A stretch of 64,000 bases of DNA from an uncultured candidate division Zixibacteria bacterium (GTDB lineage Bacteria; Zixibacteria; MSB-5A5; UBA10806), in NCBI GenBank assembly GCA_963801605.1, contig CAWDFP010000006.1:1056001-1120000 (forward strand). The letters run 5' to 3'. The notes below the pieces were generated by a model. That model made no database searches and was not told the DNA's origin. It worked only from the letters and a program-made list of their open reading frames with translations. The position numbers were made by a program, and so were the translations under genes. This document shows, one piece after another, positions 32,809-45,000 of this stretch. Every line of letters begins with the position of its first letter. Position 1 is the first letter of the stretch.

Positions 32809-34590
32809 CTAACTTCCTTTTTGTCCCTTTGATTCAATTCGAATTACCTTCTTTTCTTCGGGACGATATTTCTTGAATGTTTTTTCTTTGATTTCAATTT
32901 TTGCTCCCTGACGCCAATTGGCTACCAGCGCACCGGTTTTCTGAGCGTCGCGAACGTCTCTTAGATGCTGTTTGATGCCGGGAATAACCTGACCAAGAGT
33001 TCTATCCTCTTTACGGTTAACCAGCTTTATTAAGTGATAGCCCCAGTTGGTTTTTACCGGATGACTGACCTGGCCTACTTTCATTGAATCGGCTGCCTGA
33101 TAAAAGATTTGCCCCATCTCATCCGGCCCGATATAATCTAGATTATACAAAACCTCTCGTATTTCGGCGTCTCCAGGATAGTACCTTTTGGCCATCTCGC
33201 CGAAATCCGCCCCAGCCATAATAGAATCCCTGATCGCTTCCGCTTTGAGCGAATCCTGGAAGAGGATATGGTAAACTTGAAGCGGGCGTTTTTCTTTGTA
33301 GGAATCAATATGGGCGTTATAATAGTCTTCGACCTCTTTATCGCTGGGATCGTATTCGAGATCTCTCATATAGCGCATCAAGCGGGATCTGGCCTCGCTG
33401 GTGGTAAACTCATCGATATCGCGTTTGATCTCAGGAGCATCCATATATCCCAGGGTCCTGGCCGCACTCCGCAAGAGATATGTCGGGGCCATCATTCCCA
33501 GCATTTCCTTTTTATCGGCAACGGTTAGCGAATCGACTTTTTTCCATCTTTGGAACTTGGGAATAGATTCCTTAACAACCTTCCCATAGATGGTATCGGT
33601 CCCATTGGCCGTCATAATCCAGGCGCGATCCTCGATCAGGCTATCTGGCCTGGCCAGCATCTCTTCGTTGTAGCTATAAACCGCTATTGATTTCAAAGAA
33701 TCTAAAAAAGCGTTAGCCAGTTTTTTGCGCTCTTCTTCCATAAGTTGATTATTGATCTGTTCGAAAATCTCGGGGCTGTAGGCCTTAGGGCCTGCCTGCT
33801 TATGATCCTCGATTTTAAGAATATCGTAACCGAATTTATTGCCTATCGGCCCGATGATCGAGCCTATCGGAGCCGCAAAAGCAGCGGAGTCAACCTCTGG
33901 CATCATCCTGCCGTGGACGAAGTATCCCAGTTCCCCGCCCTTTTTGGAATTGTTGGCATCTTCCGAATATGTGGCTGCCAGAGTATCCCAGTTATCGCCG
34001 GCCAAAGCTTTTTTCATCACTGCATCGGCTCTGTCCTTGGCAAACTTGTCGGAATCGACCAGGCGCTGCTTCTTTTCAGCTTCGGTTTTTACGGAAGCAG
34101 TATCCGGTTTGGGACGACGAATCAGGATATGACGCGCCGAAACCTGTTCCGGATCCAAAAACTGATCGGGGTGTTCGTTATAATATTTTGGGACCAGAGT
34201 GGAATCGAGATGAGCCCTTGGTTCGATAGATCTGTCGAACAGCACCTTCATTATGGTTTGATTAACCTGTTCGAGACGATTCTGGACAAAATCGAAATCG
34301 TTGTTCAGGACCTGCTTGATGGAATCCTCACGAATTTCAGTCAGCTTACGCACTATGAGGGAGTCGAGGGCGGCCTGCTTGAGGCTGTCGACATTCTCCT
34401 TTTGACCATCGGAGAGAACGGCCGGAGATACTTTCTCCATCTGCCTGATTGTTGAATCAAGACTGGCGACCGATATGATACGGCCGTCGACCAGGGCTAC
34501 CGGGGCTTGCCGCTGTTTTGCTGATTTTGTTGATGCGAACAGGCATCCCGCCGATGCCAGCATTAATACAACCACCAAGATTCTTTTCAT
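32809..34590 (-). CDS. Periplasmic PpiC-type peptidyl-prolyl isomerase (two parvulin domains)
   Basis: Signal peptide; ARHILI...SED...GGELGYF and YHIL...PVKTNWGYHLIK. Confidence 0.88.
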   Translation of the reverse strand: MKRILVVVLMLASAGCLFASTKSAKQRQAPVALVDGRIISVASLDSTIRQMEKVSPAVLSDGQKENVDSLKQAALDSLIVRKLTEIREDSIKQVLNNDFDFVQNRLEQVNQTIMKVLFDRSIEPRAHLDSTLVPKYYNEHPDQFLDPEQVSARHILIRRPKPDTASVKTEAEKKQRLVDSDKFAKDRADAVMKKALAGDNWDTLAATYSEDANNSKKGGELGYFVHGRMMPEVDSAAFAAPIGSIIGPIGNKFGYDILKIEDHKQAGPKAYSPEIFEQINNQLMEEERKKLANAFLDSLKSIAVYSYNEEMLARPDSLIEDRAWIMTANGTDTIYGKVVKESIPKFQRWKKVDSLTVADKKEMLGMMAPTYLLRSAARTLGYMDAPEIKRDIDEFTTSEARSRLMRYMRDLEYDPSDKEVEDYYNAHIDSYKEKRPLQVYHILFQDSLKAEAIRDSIMAGADFGEMAKRYYPGDAEIREVLYNLDYIGPDEMGQIFYQAADSMKVGQVSHPVKTNWGYHLIKLVNRKEDRTLGQVIPGIKQHLRDVRDAQKTGALVANWRQGAKIEIKEKTFKKYRPEEKKVIRIESKGQKGS

Positions 34591-34894
34591 CCTAACCTCG
34601 CTCCTCTATTTTTCTTATAATCAAGGAATCAATAATATTCAAAACGGGAACCCAAAGTCAACTATAATTAAGCTCGCTTGTCAAGTCCGCCAATAACCGC
34701 TTGCGCCCAAACCACAAAAAGATTTTATGAGGCAAAAGGCGAAAGGTTCAGAGCCAAATGAGACGCGGGGATTGGCCAAAACCATTCTGCCTCAAAATTT
34801 TCAATATTTTCTTGACTAATAAGGACTGCACCTACTATGTATGACCTGCAACTTAGTTCTGCTTACTGCGAGAAAATCTTTTCTGGAGGTATTT

Positions 34895-36078
34895 GTGAAA
34901 ACCTATAAAAATTGTTGGACTTATCATCTTCTTTCTGTCGACGGTAACCTAAAGCCTCTTGCCGGTTGGACGAGCCGGTGCCGGTTCAAGAGCTAAATAT
35001 GAGCGGTGACGAATTACCCCCGAATCTTTCTGCAGACGGTTAAATTATGATGTTTTCTGCTCAAGGTACGGTTACAATGAGCCATTGGAATGGAACTTCA
35101 TGGGGGCCGAATATTTGCCATCGCCAATTAATTATATCGGCTTACAAGATGAGGCCGCAATTACCCCGGATAAGCGTTGGATATATTGGGTTTCCTGGCG
35201 AGCGGGCGGCATGGGAATGTGGGATATTTGGCGAGCAAGCTGGGATGATAGCAGCCATACATGCGGGCCAGCCGAGTGTTTGGGTCCTAATGTTAATTCT
35301 ACTGCTATAGAAGGAGGAATCTGTTTCGCTTCAAATGGCCAGAGAATGTATTTTGATACGGATGTTCATTATAAGAATGGACAATATAATTTTGGTTCAA
35401 ATGATATTTGGTATGCGGATTGGGATAGTTTGATCGGAGACTGGGGCGAGCCCTTTATACTTGGTGAGGAAATTAACACTACTGATATAGAAAGAGCTCC
35501 TTTCGTATCCTTAAATGGTAATACACTATATTTTTCATGCGCAGGGGGCCATCACTTACCCGTTTGGCACGGCGGCTGGGATATTTACTTGGCTCATTGG
35601 AATGGCTCAGCTTGGGATAGCGTTCAGAATATCGGTCCGCTCTATTAACTTATCGGCGCAGGATTTTGGACCGACCATTTCGCCGGACGGGCTGAAGTTA
35701 TATTTTACTACGGAGCGGGATCGCGTACCTAATGCGGATTACGAGTTTATGGTATCAACATGGGAACCGGACGGTATAGACGATGATATAGAGCCGAGAG
35801 ATAATTCAATTAGGGTTGAGTGCTATCCTAATCCGTTCAACGAACGGATAGAAATACAAGCTTATTCGGCGACTGAAAGCACAGCCGATATTTCTATCTA
35901 TGACATAAATGGTCAGAAAGTGAGGGAATATGACTTAAATATCAACAATGGCTGTGGAACGACAACATGGGATAGCAAGAATCAAAAGGGCCAGAAGGTA
36001 GCCACTGGTAATTATTTTATTAAAATTGAATTTCCGGGCGGGCAGAAGACACAAAAAATAGTTACCCTGCTTAAATAA
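34895..36078 (+). CDS. PD40/TolB-like beta-propeller protein with FlgD/T9SS-type tail, copy 1 (multiply disrupted)
   Basis: GGAGG then GTG 34895; ORF pieces 35085-35648 and 35515-36078 (CYPNPFN...KIVTLLK); several indels and TAA at 35041 where copy 2 has CAA. Confidence 0.7.
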
Positions 36079-36165
36079 TGCATTTTTTATTGATAACTTT
36101 ATCTGTGTATATTAGAATAACGATGTATCAATATTAATCCGGTCGCTTTTAGGAAAATCAATAAT

Positions 36166-37352
36166 ATGAAACGAATTCTTCTGACAATTATTTTGGCTCC
36201 ATTGTTGAGTCTTTTGGCCTCCCCCGCCTTTGCCGGTTGGACCGAGCCGGTGCCGGTGCAAGAGCTAAATATGAGCGGCGATGAACTATTACCGAATCTT
36301 TCTGCAGACGGTCAAATTATGATGTTTTCTGCTCAAGGTACGGTTACAATGAGCCATTGGAATGGAACTTCATGGGGGCCGAGAGAATATTTGCCATCGC
36401 CAATTAATTATATCGGCTTACAAGATGAGGCCGCAATTACCCCGGATAAGCGTTGGATATATTGGGTTTCCTGGCGTGAGGGCGGCTTAGGAATGTGGGA
36501 TATCTGGCGGGCAAGTTGGGATGATAGCAGCTATACTTGCGGGCCAGCCGAGTGTTTGGGTCCTAATGTTAATTCTACTGCTATAGAAGGAGGAATCTGT
36601 TTCGCTTCAAATGGCCAGAGAATGTATTTTGATACGGATGTTCATTATAAGAATGGACAATATAATTTTGGTTCAAATGATATTTGGTATGCGGATTGGG
36701 ATAGTTTGATCGGAGACTGGGGCGAGCCCTTTATACTTGGTGAGGAAATTAACACTACTGATATAGAAAGAGCTCCTTTCGTATCCTTAAATGGTAATAC
36801 ACTATATTTTTCATGCGCAGGGGGCCATCACTTACCCGGTTGGCAGGGCGGCTGGGATATTTACTTGGCTCATTGGAATGGCTCAGCTTGGGATAGCGTT
36901 CAAAATATAGCCCCCCTATTAACTCATCGGTTCAGGATTTTGGACCGACCATTTCGCCCGACGGCCTAAAATTATATTTTACTACGGAGCGAGATCGCGT
37001 ACCTAATGCGGATTATGAGTTAATGGTATCATCATGGGAACCGGATGCTATAGACGATGAAATAGAGCCGATAGATAATTCAATTAGGGTTGAGTATTAC
37101 CCTAATCCGTTTAACGAACAGGTGGAAATACGAGTATTTACGGAATCGGAAACAACAGCCGGGATATCTATATATGATATAAACGGCCAGAAAGTGAGGG
37201 GATATGACATAACGCTTAATAACGGGGCCGGTATGACAACATGGGATAGCAAGAATCAAAAGGGCCAAAAAGTAGCAACTGGGAATTATATAATGAAAAT
37301 CGATTTCCCAGATGGGAAAGAGATTAGAAAAGTCATTACATTGTTGAAATAG
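36166..37352 (+). CDS. PD40/TolB-like beta-propeller protein with FlgD/T9SS-type tail, copy 2 (frameshifts at ~36910-36960)
   Basis: Signal peptide, P.LSADG / ITPDK / P.VSLNG..LYF repeats; 37023-37352 piece carries YPNPFN...KVITLLK. Confidence 0.75.
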
Positions 37353-37436
37353 TATTGCTGGGCAAGGAGGCCAAGTTGAAACGCATTTACTTTACTCTAT
37401 TAATACCTTTAATTGTAGTTTTTTATACCGCTGGCT

Positions 37437-37456
37437 GGCAGACGCCCTCGTCTGCC
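37437..37456. repeat. Isolated REP-like hairpin of the (T/C)CCT-loop family
   Basis: GGCAGACG-CCCT-CGTCTGCC between convergent genes; same architecture as GGCAGCCA-TCCT-CGGCTGCC at 16024. Confidence 0.55.
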
Positions 37457-37473
37457 CTTTGGTAGGATAATTC

Positions 37474-38418
37474 CTAAAACCTGGCTGTCAGCGATGCCAG
37501 ATAAGTATTATCCAAATCAGAATGGTCTCGCATGGCGAGATCGACATTGAAGCGGCCCAACTTCAATCCTGCGCCGAGTGTCAGATTACCGGCGTCGGAA
37601 CCGATCCGAGCAGCCAACTTTTCCATATAGGATAACTCTAATCCAAGATGCATATCCGCCGAGACCGGTCCGGCTGAAATCTGGGAGGCGTAATCTCGGC
37701 CTTCGAATCTGATATCGCCGTCCGTATATAGGCTGCCGAATAGCTTGCCCTTGTTGGCATGAAATCTAGCCCCAAGTTTCGCGGTCGGCAGAATGCTTTC
37801 TTTGGTGCCGGTAGAGTATGACAAAAGCGTGGTGGTGGCATCCTGAATATTCAGGCCCAGATCGATCCATCTGGCGGCTGTGTAGTTGGCGCCCAGGTCA
37901 AGCCCGATCCCAAATGCGTTCTGATCGATGATATGACGATAGATGAGCTTGGCTGTCAGTCCGCCCAGGAGACGCTCGCCGAAACTTCGTCCGTAGGAAA
38001 AATACCCGGCATAATCGGCGTGCGATTCACTCTTGATCTGATAAAACCTTCCGGTCTCATCGCGCCCGGTAATTGCAATGCCGCCGCCGCCCAAACGATA
38101 CAGGGAAATCGCTATAGCGGCTTTATTCTCACCGGTTCCTATCGGACGAGTATACGCTAAGAAGTCATGATTCAGGAGATCGCCGAACGCCGCGGAATGC
38201 ATGAAGATCGCTTGCGATTGCACCACAATGGCCAGTCCCGCGGGATTATAATAACCGTCAAGGACGTCGCCTGTTTCTGCTACATAAGCTCCGCCCAGAG
38301 CAATGGGCCTGGCTCCTACTCCGAGATTGAGAAACTCGCCTGCATACTTGGCAGCGTGGGCCGGTATGGTCAGAAGAGCAACCAGAGCTATTATCGCCAG
38401 TCGCGTCATAAACCTCAT
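37474..38418 (-). CDS. PorV/PorQ family outer-membrane protein
   Basis: GEFLNLGVGARPIALGGAYVA...YYNPAGLA N-terminal signature, GLTAKLIY, DLGA, C-terminal Phe. Confidence 0.8.
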   Translation of the reverse strand: MRFMTRLAIIALVALLTIPAHAAKYAGEFLNLGVGARPIALGGAYVAETGDVLDGYYNPAGLAIVVQSQAIFMHSAAFGDLLNHDFLAYTRPIGTGENKAAIAISLYRLGGGGIAITGRDETGRFYQIKSESHADYAGYFSYGRSFGERLLGGLTAKLIYRHIIDQNAFGIGLDLGANYTAARWIDLGLNIQDATTTLLSYSTGTKESILPTAKLGARFHANKGKLFGSLYTDGDIRFEGRDYASQISAGPVSADMHLGLELSYMEKLAARIGSDAGNLTLGAGLKLGRFNVDLAMRDHSDLDNTYLASLTARF

Positions 38419-38496
38419 TGACCACCTCGAATGTTAATTTGTTTCAGCCACATCCCCGCGCGAATTCGTAACGCGCCTCGTGACCGTCAAAAAATA

Positions 38497-39030
38497 CTAC
38501 TTAGTAGAGGTAGCCTTGGTATAATAATCCTCGAATTTTAATGTTTTATAATGGCCATCGCCGTAATATCTGAGAAAATGGATAAATACCTCTGGTGGCA
38601 TATATCCCGGCCGGCCGCCAAGCTTGGTACCGTCGGATTGTACAAACCAGGTCTGCGGATAGGACCTGACGCCAAATGAACGGGCAACTTCGATTCCATT
38701 GGATTGACCGCTGGGCAGTGTGAAGGCCTCTCTCGATTCGGCATTGAGCCTGACCGGCACAAAATGGTCATTGATATATTTGGCCACCGTGGGATCGATA
38801 TAAGTTTGCTTATCCATCTTTTTACAGAATCCGCACCAATCGGTGTAGAAATCGATTATCATCGGCTTTTTGTTTTTCGCTGCAATTTTAACGCCTTCAT
38901 CGTATTTATTCCAGGTGATCAACGAGGCTTCCTTGGTATCCTTGGTCGCGATAGGCTTGGTTATGGCCCAGACCGATGCCACCGCCAAGAGCAGCGCTAC
39001 GATGATTGCGATTGATCCGAATTTTTTCAT
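38497..39030 (-). CDS. Periplasmic thioredoxin-fold protein (SoxW/DUF255-like)
   Basis: Signal peptide; DFYTDWCGFCKKM, VRLNAE, VRSYP, PGYMP. Confidence 0.85.
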   Translation of the reverse strand: MKKFGSIAIIVALLLAVASVWAITKPIATKDTKEASLITWNKYDEGVKIAAKNKKPMIIDFYTDWCGFCKKMDKQTYIDPTVAKYINDHFVPVRLNAESREAFTLPSGQSNGIEVARSFGVRSYPQTWFVQSDGTKLGGRPGYMPPEVFIHFLRYYGDGHYKTLKFEDYYTKATSTK

Positions 39031-39377
39031 AATTTTACTCCCCTATTACAAGCTCGGCAATTATTCGCTAATCCTGTTTCGACAATATTTCAGCGATACT
39101 TTATATATGGCCACGGTTTGGTATGGTGTGGTGTGTCGAACAACGCTGATTAAGAAGACATCCCATCATTTTCGTGAATAATATAATGGTCTGCCGGTTT
39201 GGACGCAAGAGCTTCATTACCGGGCCAACACATCTTATCCATTTAACAGCTAAGGTATTATCCATGTTCCAGGATATCTACCAGGAGCTACGTTTGGGGT
39301 TATTTTGGTGTAATTGATGGCGTCAGATTCGTGGCAGACAGTTTTGGACATGCGAGAAATCCGACAACTGCCAATCG

Positions 39378-41146
39378 CTATTTCAGCAACACCAGCTTCC
39401 GAGTGATTTGGGTATTTTGCGTACTTAGCACCAGATAATAAACTCCACTGGTGTATTGTCCCATATCGAGCGAAATCTGCCTGTTTCCAGCCGGGTAAAT
39501 CCCCTCATCGATATTCTTAATTTGCGGCCCAGGATATCATAGAGGCTTAAGGTAACCTGTTCTTCTTTGGGCAATGTATATTCTATTATGGTTGTTGAAT
39601 TAAACGGGTTGGGATAGTTTTGTTTTAGGATAGCGCTTTTAGGGAGAGGAGGAGGAGTATCATCCGCGATGGCAGTTACCCTATCCACAAAATTGTAGTT
39701 TCTGGTCAAAAGGTTGTCATGTGAAAGCATTGGCCACTGATTGGGAACTCCGGTGGAATCAGGAAAGCGGTAAACGTTAACATAACCGCTATCAATCCCA
39801 TGAGTACCAGGTGGAGCAAGATTATCGGTGTATACCGCCATATATAGCTTATGGGATAATGGATCAAACGCGAAATTTGGAGGACGCCCTAAATATGAAC
39901 CATTGATAATGAACGGATATCCATTTAGCTCTTGCCCATTGCGATCCATTGCGAAGAAATAACTGTGACCGAACCAGGCAATAGAATCAGATCCAATGGA
40001 ATCTGCAAAGAGCACATTGTAATCATGAAATATTTCACAATAACCATCTCCGTTGATATCAACAATAATTAAGTCAGCATTTGTCATGACGCTAAAAATA
40101 CCAGGTGGGGGAATAACGACAGGCCAGGGAGCCAGGCGGGACGCATTGGGTTCAATAAAATAGAACGAATCTCTGGCTTGAAAGCCGAGTTCAATCATGC
40201 CATCGTTGTTAATATCGCTGGGGACAGGCGCTTCTTTTATGACCGCATGCGGGAAAAAAAGCGGCCAGTTTTCCTTGATCTCTCCGGTATGCTCAAACAC
40301 GTAAAGGTAAGCGTTAAACCAGGGAGCTTCGAAAGTAACATCATCGGCCGCAGCGATAATTTCCGGAAATCCATTGTGGTCGATATCTCCTAACGTCGGA
40401 GGCCAATTCCAGTTATTGGAAAATGTGTAGGTTGAATCGATTTGTGGTAAGCCAATCGGGAAGCCGGGTTGCATAGTGCCATCAAAGCGATATGCATAAA
40501 TATGGTATAGGCCCTGAATGACGTATTCATTGGTTTCATCGAGGTCAAAATCCGCAACCGCTCCTCCCGAACCAGCAACCGTGTTGCCGATTACATCTGA
40601 TGGCAATGGTATCGGCCAACCCGGTTTTTCAACTCCCAAATGGTTAAAACAGTGAATTAATCCCTCGCGGGCCGAAAAACTCATTATCTCATATTCGCCG
40701 TCATGGTCGAAATCGGCTACATTAAGCGAGACTGGATGGTTTATAGGAATAGGAAAACCGGGCATCACCGAACCAAAATGATCTACCGCAAAAATGAAGC
40801 TTTGGGAAAATCCAAAAGTATTTGATATGCCGAATAAAACATTATCCATATAACCATCGCGATTCAAATCTACGACTATGGGAGTGATGCCAAAAACGAC
40901 GCTATCAATAATCAACGGCCAGCCCGGGAAAAAGGACGCATTAAGGTTGAATCTATCGATCATGCCATCGTCGGTATTGAAAAAGATACTATAATCATAG
41001 AATCCGCTAGAAAAATCAAATCGGGGTGTTAACGCAGGAGTGGGATTTATATTGTAGGGCCAACCTGGGACTAATTGCGGAACCTGCGAAAAAGATGATC
41101 CAAATGTCATTCCCAAAAGCAGCGATATTAGTAATGAAGATTTCAT
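39378..41146 (-). CDS. Secreted FG-GAP/VCBS-repeat protein with FlgD/T9SS-type tail (frameshift at ~39520)
   Basis: Repeated PGWP/PGFP and D(L/F/I)xxDGxxE motifs; NYPNPFN. The alternative frame continues ...SGVYYLVLSTQNTQITRKLVLLK to TAG at 39378. Confidence 0.8.
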
Positions 41147-41220
41147 GACTTTCGTCCTGTTTTCAAATTGATATTGTTATCTGGCGCCGGGATTTGGCCA
41201 GCGCCAGATACAGCTAGTGT

Positions 41221-41616
41221 TTAAGGGCCTTGTGGACGGCTAGGCTCTGGGAGAGGACCCCAGCATTTCAAATCTACTTGCTGCCATTCCAATCCATGAA
41301 CAACTCTTTGAACTACGGGGCTTCCAAGGCAATTAGTGTGGGCGGGATCAACAACCACCGTTAATTGATAAGTTCCTGGCGGAAAAGTATTGTATGGCCA
41401 ATTAGAATTTGTATTATAGCCAGGATTGACCCCACATCTTAATGGGCAGGTGAAACTCTCTTGTGTTTCGATATGGTAAATTGATATCCATTGATAAGGA
41501 GTTTCGCAGTCGCAGTACTTAAAATTCACATATCCGTAAAAGCCACCGTCCGCATAGGCCCATGATGAGAGACAAAGTATGAAAAACAGGGCAAGGAAAA
41601 TAAGTCTGTTGGACAT
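41221..41616 (-). CDS. Small Cys-rich secreted hypothetical protein
   Basis: SD GAGGA, signal peptide ending AYA, six Cys in the mature part; followed by hairpin 41177-41210. Confidence 0.6.
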   Translation of the reverse strand: MSNRLIFLALFFILCLSSWAYADGGFYGYVNFKYCDCETPYQWISIYHIETQESFTCPLRCGVNPGYNTNSNWPYNTFPPGTYQLTVVVDPAHTNCLGSPVVQRVVHGLEWQQVDLKCWGPLPEPSRPQGP

Positions 41617-42008
41617 TTCATCCTCGCTTGAAAAGGTTTAATTAGATACAAAAATTAAACAAAATAGCCGCCCCTTTATTCCCAATATTTTAGGGTTCGT
41701 TAAAGAAATTATCGGAGGCGAACGAGCTAAACTTGAAAGTAACATAAGGCCAGATGCCTTTCAAAACGGTTTAAGGGTCAGATTTTACCCCATCATAACC
41801 CCAATGGCCCTGATGTCAATACGACAAAATAGAGACTTTTTTGGGTACATAAGCGACATACGCAGCGGTAGAATTAAGCGCCTCAATCTCAACAAGATAA
41901 ACTATGCCAGATAATTACGTATAGGTATTGTTTGGGGGGAAAATACTACGAATTAAGTAATCCGGTTAAGATGGGATAAGCAAGATTTTATCTTAATTTT
42001 ACAGACTA

Positions 42009-45000
42009 TTAGCGTCCGCCGTTTCGCATCCTCGAGAGCTTGACATTCCCCGCCCCCACCAGGCCTTTGAGCGTCTTGAGAAACTTCGGATTGGGATCGA
42101 CTTTGAATTTTGTAACCTTGAATAGAATTCGTTTGCCGTTGGCGCCATATTCAATCACAATTTCGCTGGTCCCGGGATTAGCGGTAAATTCCCTGGTTAA
42201 CTCCGCATTAAGCTCTTTGGTCGGATTACCTTCGAGAATGATTTTAATAACGGTGGGGAATTCGCGCGGCGCGGCTTCAAGCAATGTCAGGTCATCTCCC
42301 TTAATTTTCGGCTTTTCGCCCTCGCGCACCGAGCTGTAACCGAAAATAATGACCGTGTTACCTTCCTTGATCAATAACCTTCGCTTTTCTAAAACGTCGG
42401 AAAAAATAATCACCTCGCCGGTTCCCGTAAAATCTTCAAGAGACAGCACCCCAAACGACTTTCCTGCCCGGCTGGCCTGAATTTTTACCTTGGTAAGTAC
42501 ACCTGCCGCGGCCACTTTTTTACCATCGTTGACGCTTTCGAGATCGGAAAGCTTTAGATCAACGAAACAATCGTAAATATCACGATACGGATCGAGCGGA
42601 TGCCCGGAAATCCAATATCCCAACGATTCCTTTTCGTGAGCGAGTATTTCTATTTCGCTCCAGGGCTCGACTTTCGGCAGCTTCGGCTTGGCAAACGTTA
42701 CTTGCTCCGGTCCGCCAAACAGCGTCGACTGCCCGCTGTCCTTTTCCTTCTGCAATGTCGAACCGTTTGCGATGGCTGCTTCCACTCCGGCCAACAGCTC
42801 CGCGCGATGAGAACCCAGCGAATCCATCGCGCCCGACATCACCAGGCTTTCGATGGTGCGCTTATTGACTGCTCGCAAATCGACCCGGCCGGTAAAATCG
42901 AAAAGGTCCGTAAACTTGCCGCCATCCTTTCTGGCCGCAACGATCGATTCTACTGCCGCCTGGCCTACATTTTTCACCCCGGTAAGTGCAAATAAAATAA
43001 CATCGCCCTCGACCGAAAAATATCCCAGGCCCCGATTGATATCCGGGGGCTTAACCGTAATGTTCATCCGCTCGCATTCGTTTCGAAGCTCCAGGATTCT
43101 GGCGGTATCGCCCATTTCCGATGTCATCAAGGCGGCCATGAATTCCACTGGATGATGTACTTTGAGATAGGCCGTCTGGTAGGCGACATAGGCGTAGCAG
43201 GCCGAATGGGCTTTAACAAAGCCGTAACGGCCAAAGGTTTCGATCTGATCGAATATCTTCTCCGCCGTTTTCTTGTCGATCTTCTGCGCAGTCGCCCCGG
43301 CGACGAATTTTCCCTTTTGCTCGGCCATGACATCAGCTTGCTTTTTGCCCATGGCCTTGCGCAGGATATCGGCCTCGCCCAAAGTATATCCGGCCAGTTC
43401 GCGCGCTATCTTAAGCACCTGTTCCTGAAATACAATTACACCGTACGTTTCTTTCAGGATTTCTTTAAGGGTTGGATGAGCGCACTCAATCTCTTTCTTG
43501 CCGTGCTTGCATTCGATATAGGTATCGATCATCTTGGCATCGAGCGGGCCGGGACGATAGAGCGCGTTCATTGCCGTCAGGTCTTCAAGACAGGTCGGCT
43601 TGAGTTTTTTGAGATACTCACGCATACCGTCCGATTCAAACTGGAAGATACCGATGGTCTCACCACGCGTGAACAACTTGTAGATTTTGGGATCATCAAG
43701 CGGGATATGGTCGATATCAACCTTGATGCCCTCGTCAGCTAAGAGCTTGAGGCAATCATCTATTACGGTCAGGGTCCGCAGCCCCAGAAAATCCATCTTG
43801 AGAAGCCCGATCGCCTCGACTCCATGCATATCGTACTGGGTGGTAATTTCGTCCTTGTTCGATTTGTAAAGAGGAGCATAATCGGTAATCGGCCCCGGGG
43901 CGATCACCACACCGGCCGCGTGCGTCGAGGCATGCCGCGAAAGTCCCTCCAGCACCTTGGAGAATTCGATAAGTTCGCGGATTTTATCATCTTCATCGTA
44001 ACGCTTCTTCAGTTCCGGCTCTGCTCCCAGAGCCTTATCGAGCGTCATGTCAATCTCCGCCGGAATCAGTTTGGCGATGACATCGACGTCGCCGTAGGGG
44101 AGAGACATGACCCGGCCAACATCGCGCACTGCGGCTCGGGCCGCCATGGAGCCGAAAGTAATTATCTGCACAACGTTATCGCGTCCGTATTTCGATGTCA
44201 CATACTCGATCACGTTATCGCGTCCGCGGTCGGCGAAATCGATATCGATATCGGGCATGCTGATTCGTTCAGGATTTAAGAATCTTTCGAACAGGAGGCC
44301 ATACTCGATAGGATCAAGGCTGGTTATCTCCAGGCAATAGCTGACAATCGAACCCGCCGCCGAACCTCTGCCGGGACCAACCCTGACTCCGATGCTGCGG
44401 GCGTAATCGATAAAATCTTTGACGATTAGAAAATAACCGGCATACCCCATGCGGTTGATGACGCTTAACTCATAATTTAACCGCTCTTCAAGTTTCTCGG
44501 TTATTTCGCCATAACGTTTTTTTAATCCGATGTAACATTCAGCCTTAAGGTACTCCTCCAACGTTTGAAAACCTTCGGGAAGCGGAAAGCGCGGGACTTT
44601 GTTTTTATACAATTCGAGTTCCAGATCGCAGGCCTCGGCGATCCTGAGCGTATTATCTATAGCCTCCGGAGTTTTTCCGAACAGGGCGATCATCTCCTCC
44701 GGCGATTTGAAATAAATTTGATCGGTATTATAACGCATCCGATCAGTGTCCGTTAGAAGCTTGCCGGTCTGGATACATAGCAGGGCATCATGTGCCCGCG
44801 AATGCTCCTGTTTCATATAGTGGCAATCGTTGGTGGCCACCAGACGAATCTCGAGCTTTTTGGCCAGATCGATAACCAGTTTGGCTACTCGCTGCTCGTC
44901 TTCCTGCCCGTGGTCCTGAATCTCGAGATAATAGTTTTCCTCTCCGAAAATCTCACGATACTCGCGAGCTACCCGCTCCGCTTCATCGAATCGCTGATTC

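Noticed and set aside
34715..34800. Cyclic di-GMP-I riboswitch (GGCAAA…GAAA)
   Set aside because: Only an imperfect TGAGGCA…TGCCTCA stem; the GGACGCAAAG and P3 elements are not in the required arrangement.
34960..37000. Diversity-generating retroelement TR/VR pair
   Set aside because: The differences are not adenine-specific, both copies are whole genes, and no reverse transcriptase is present.
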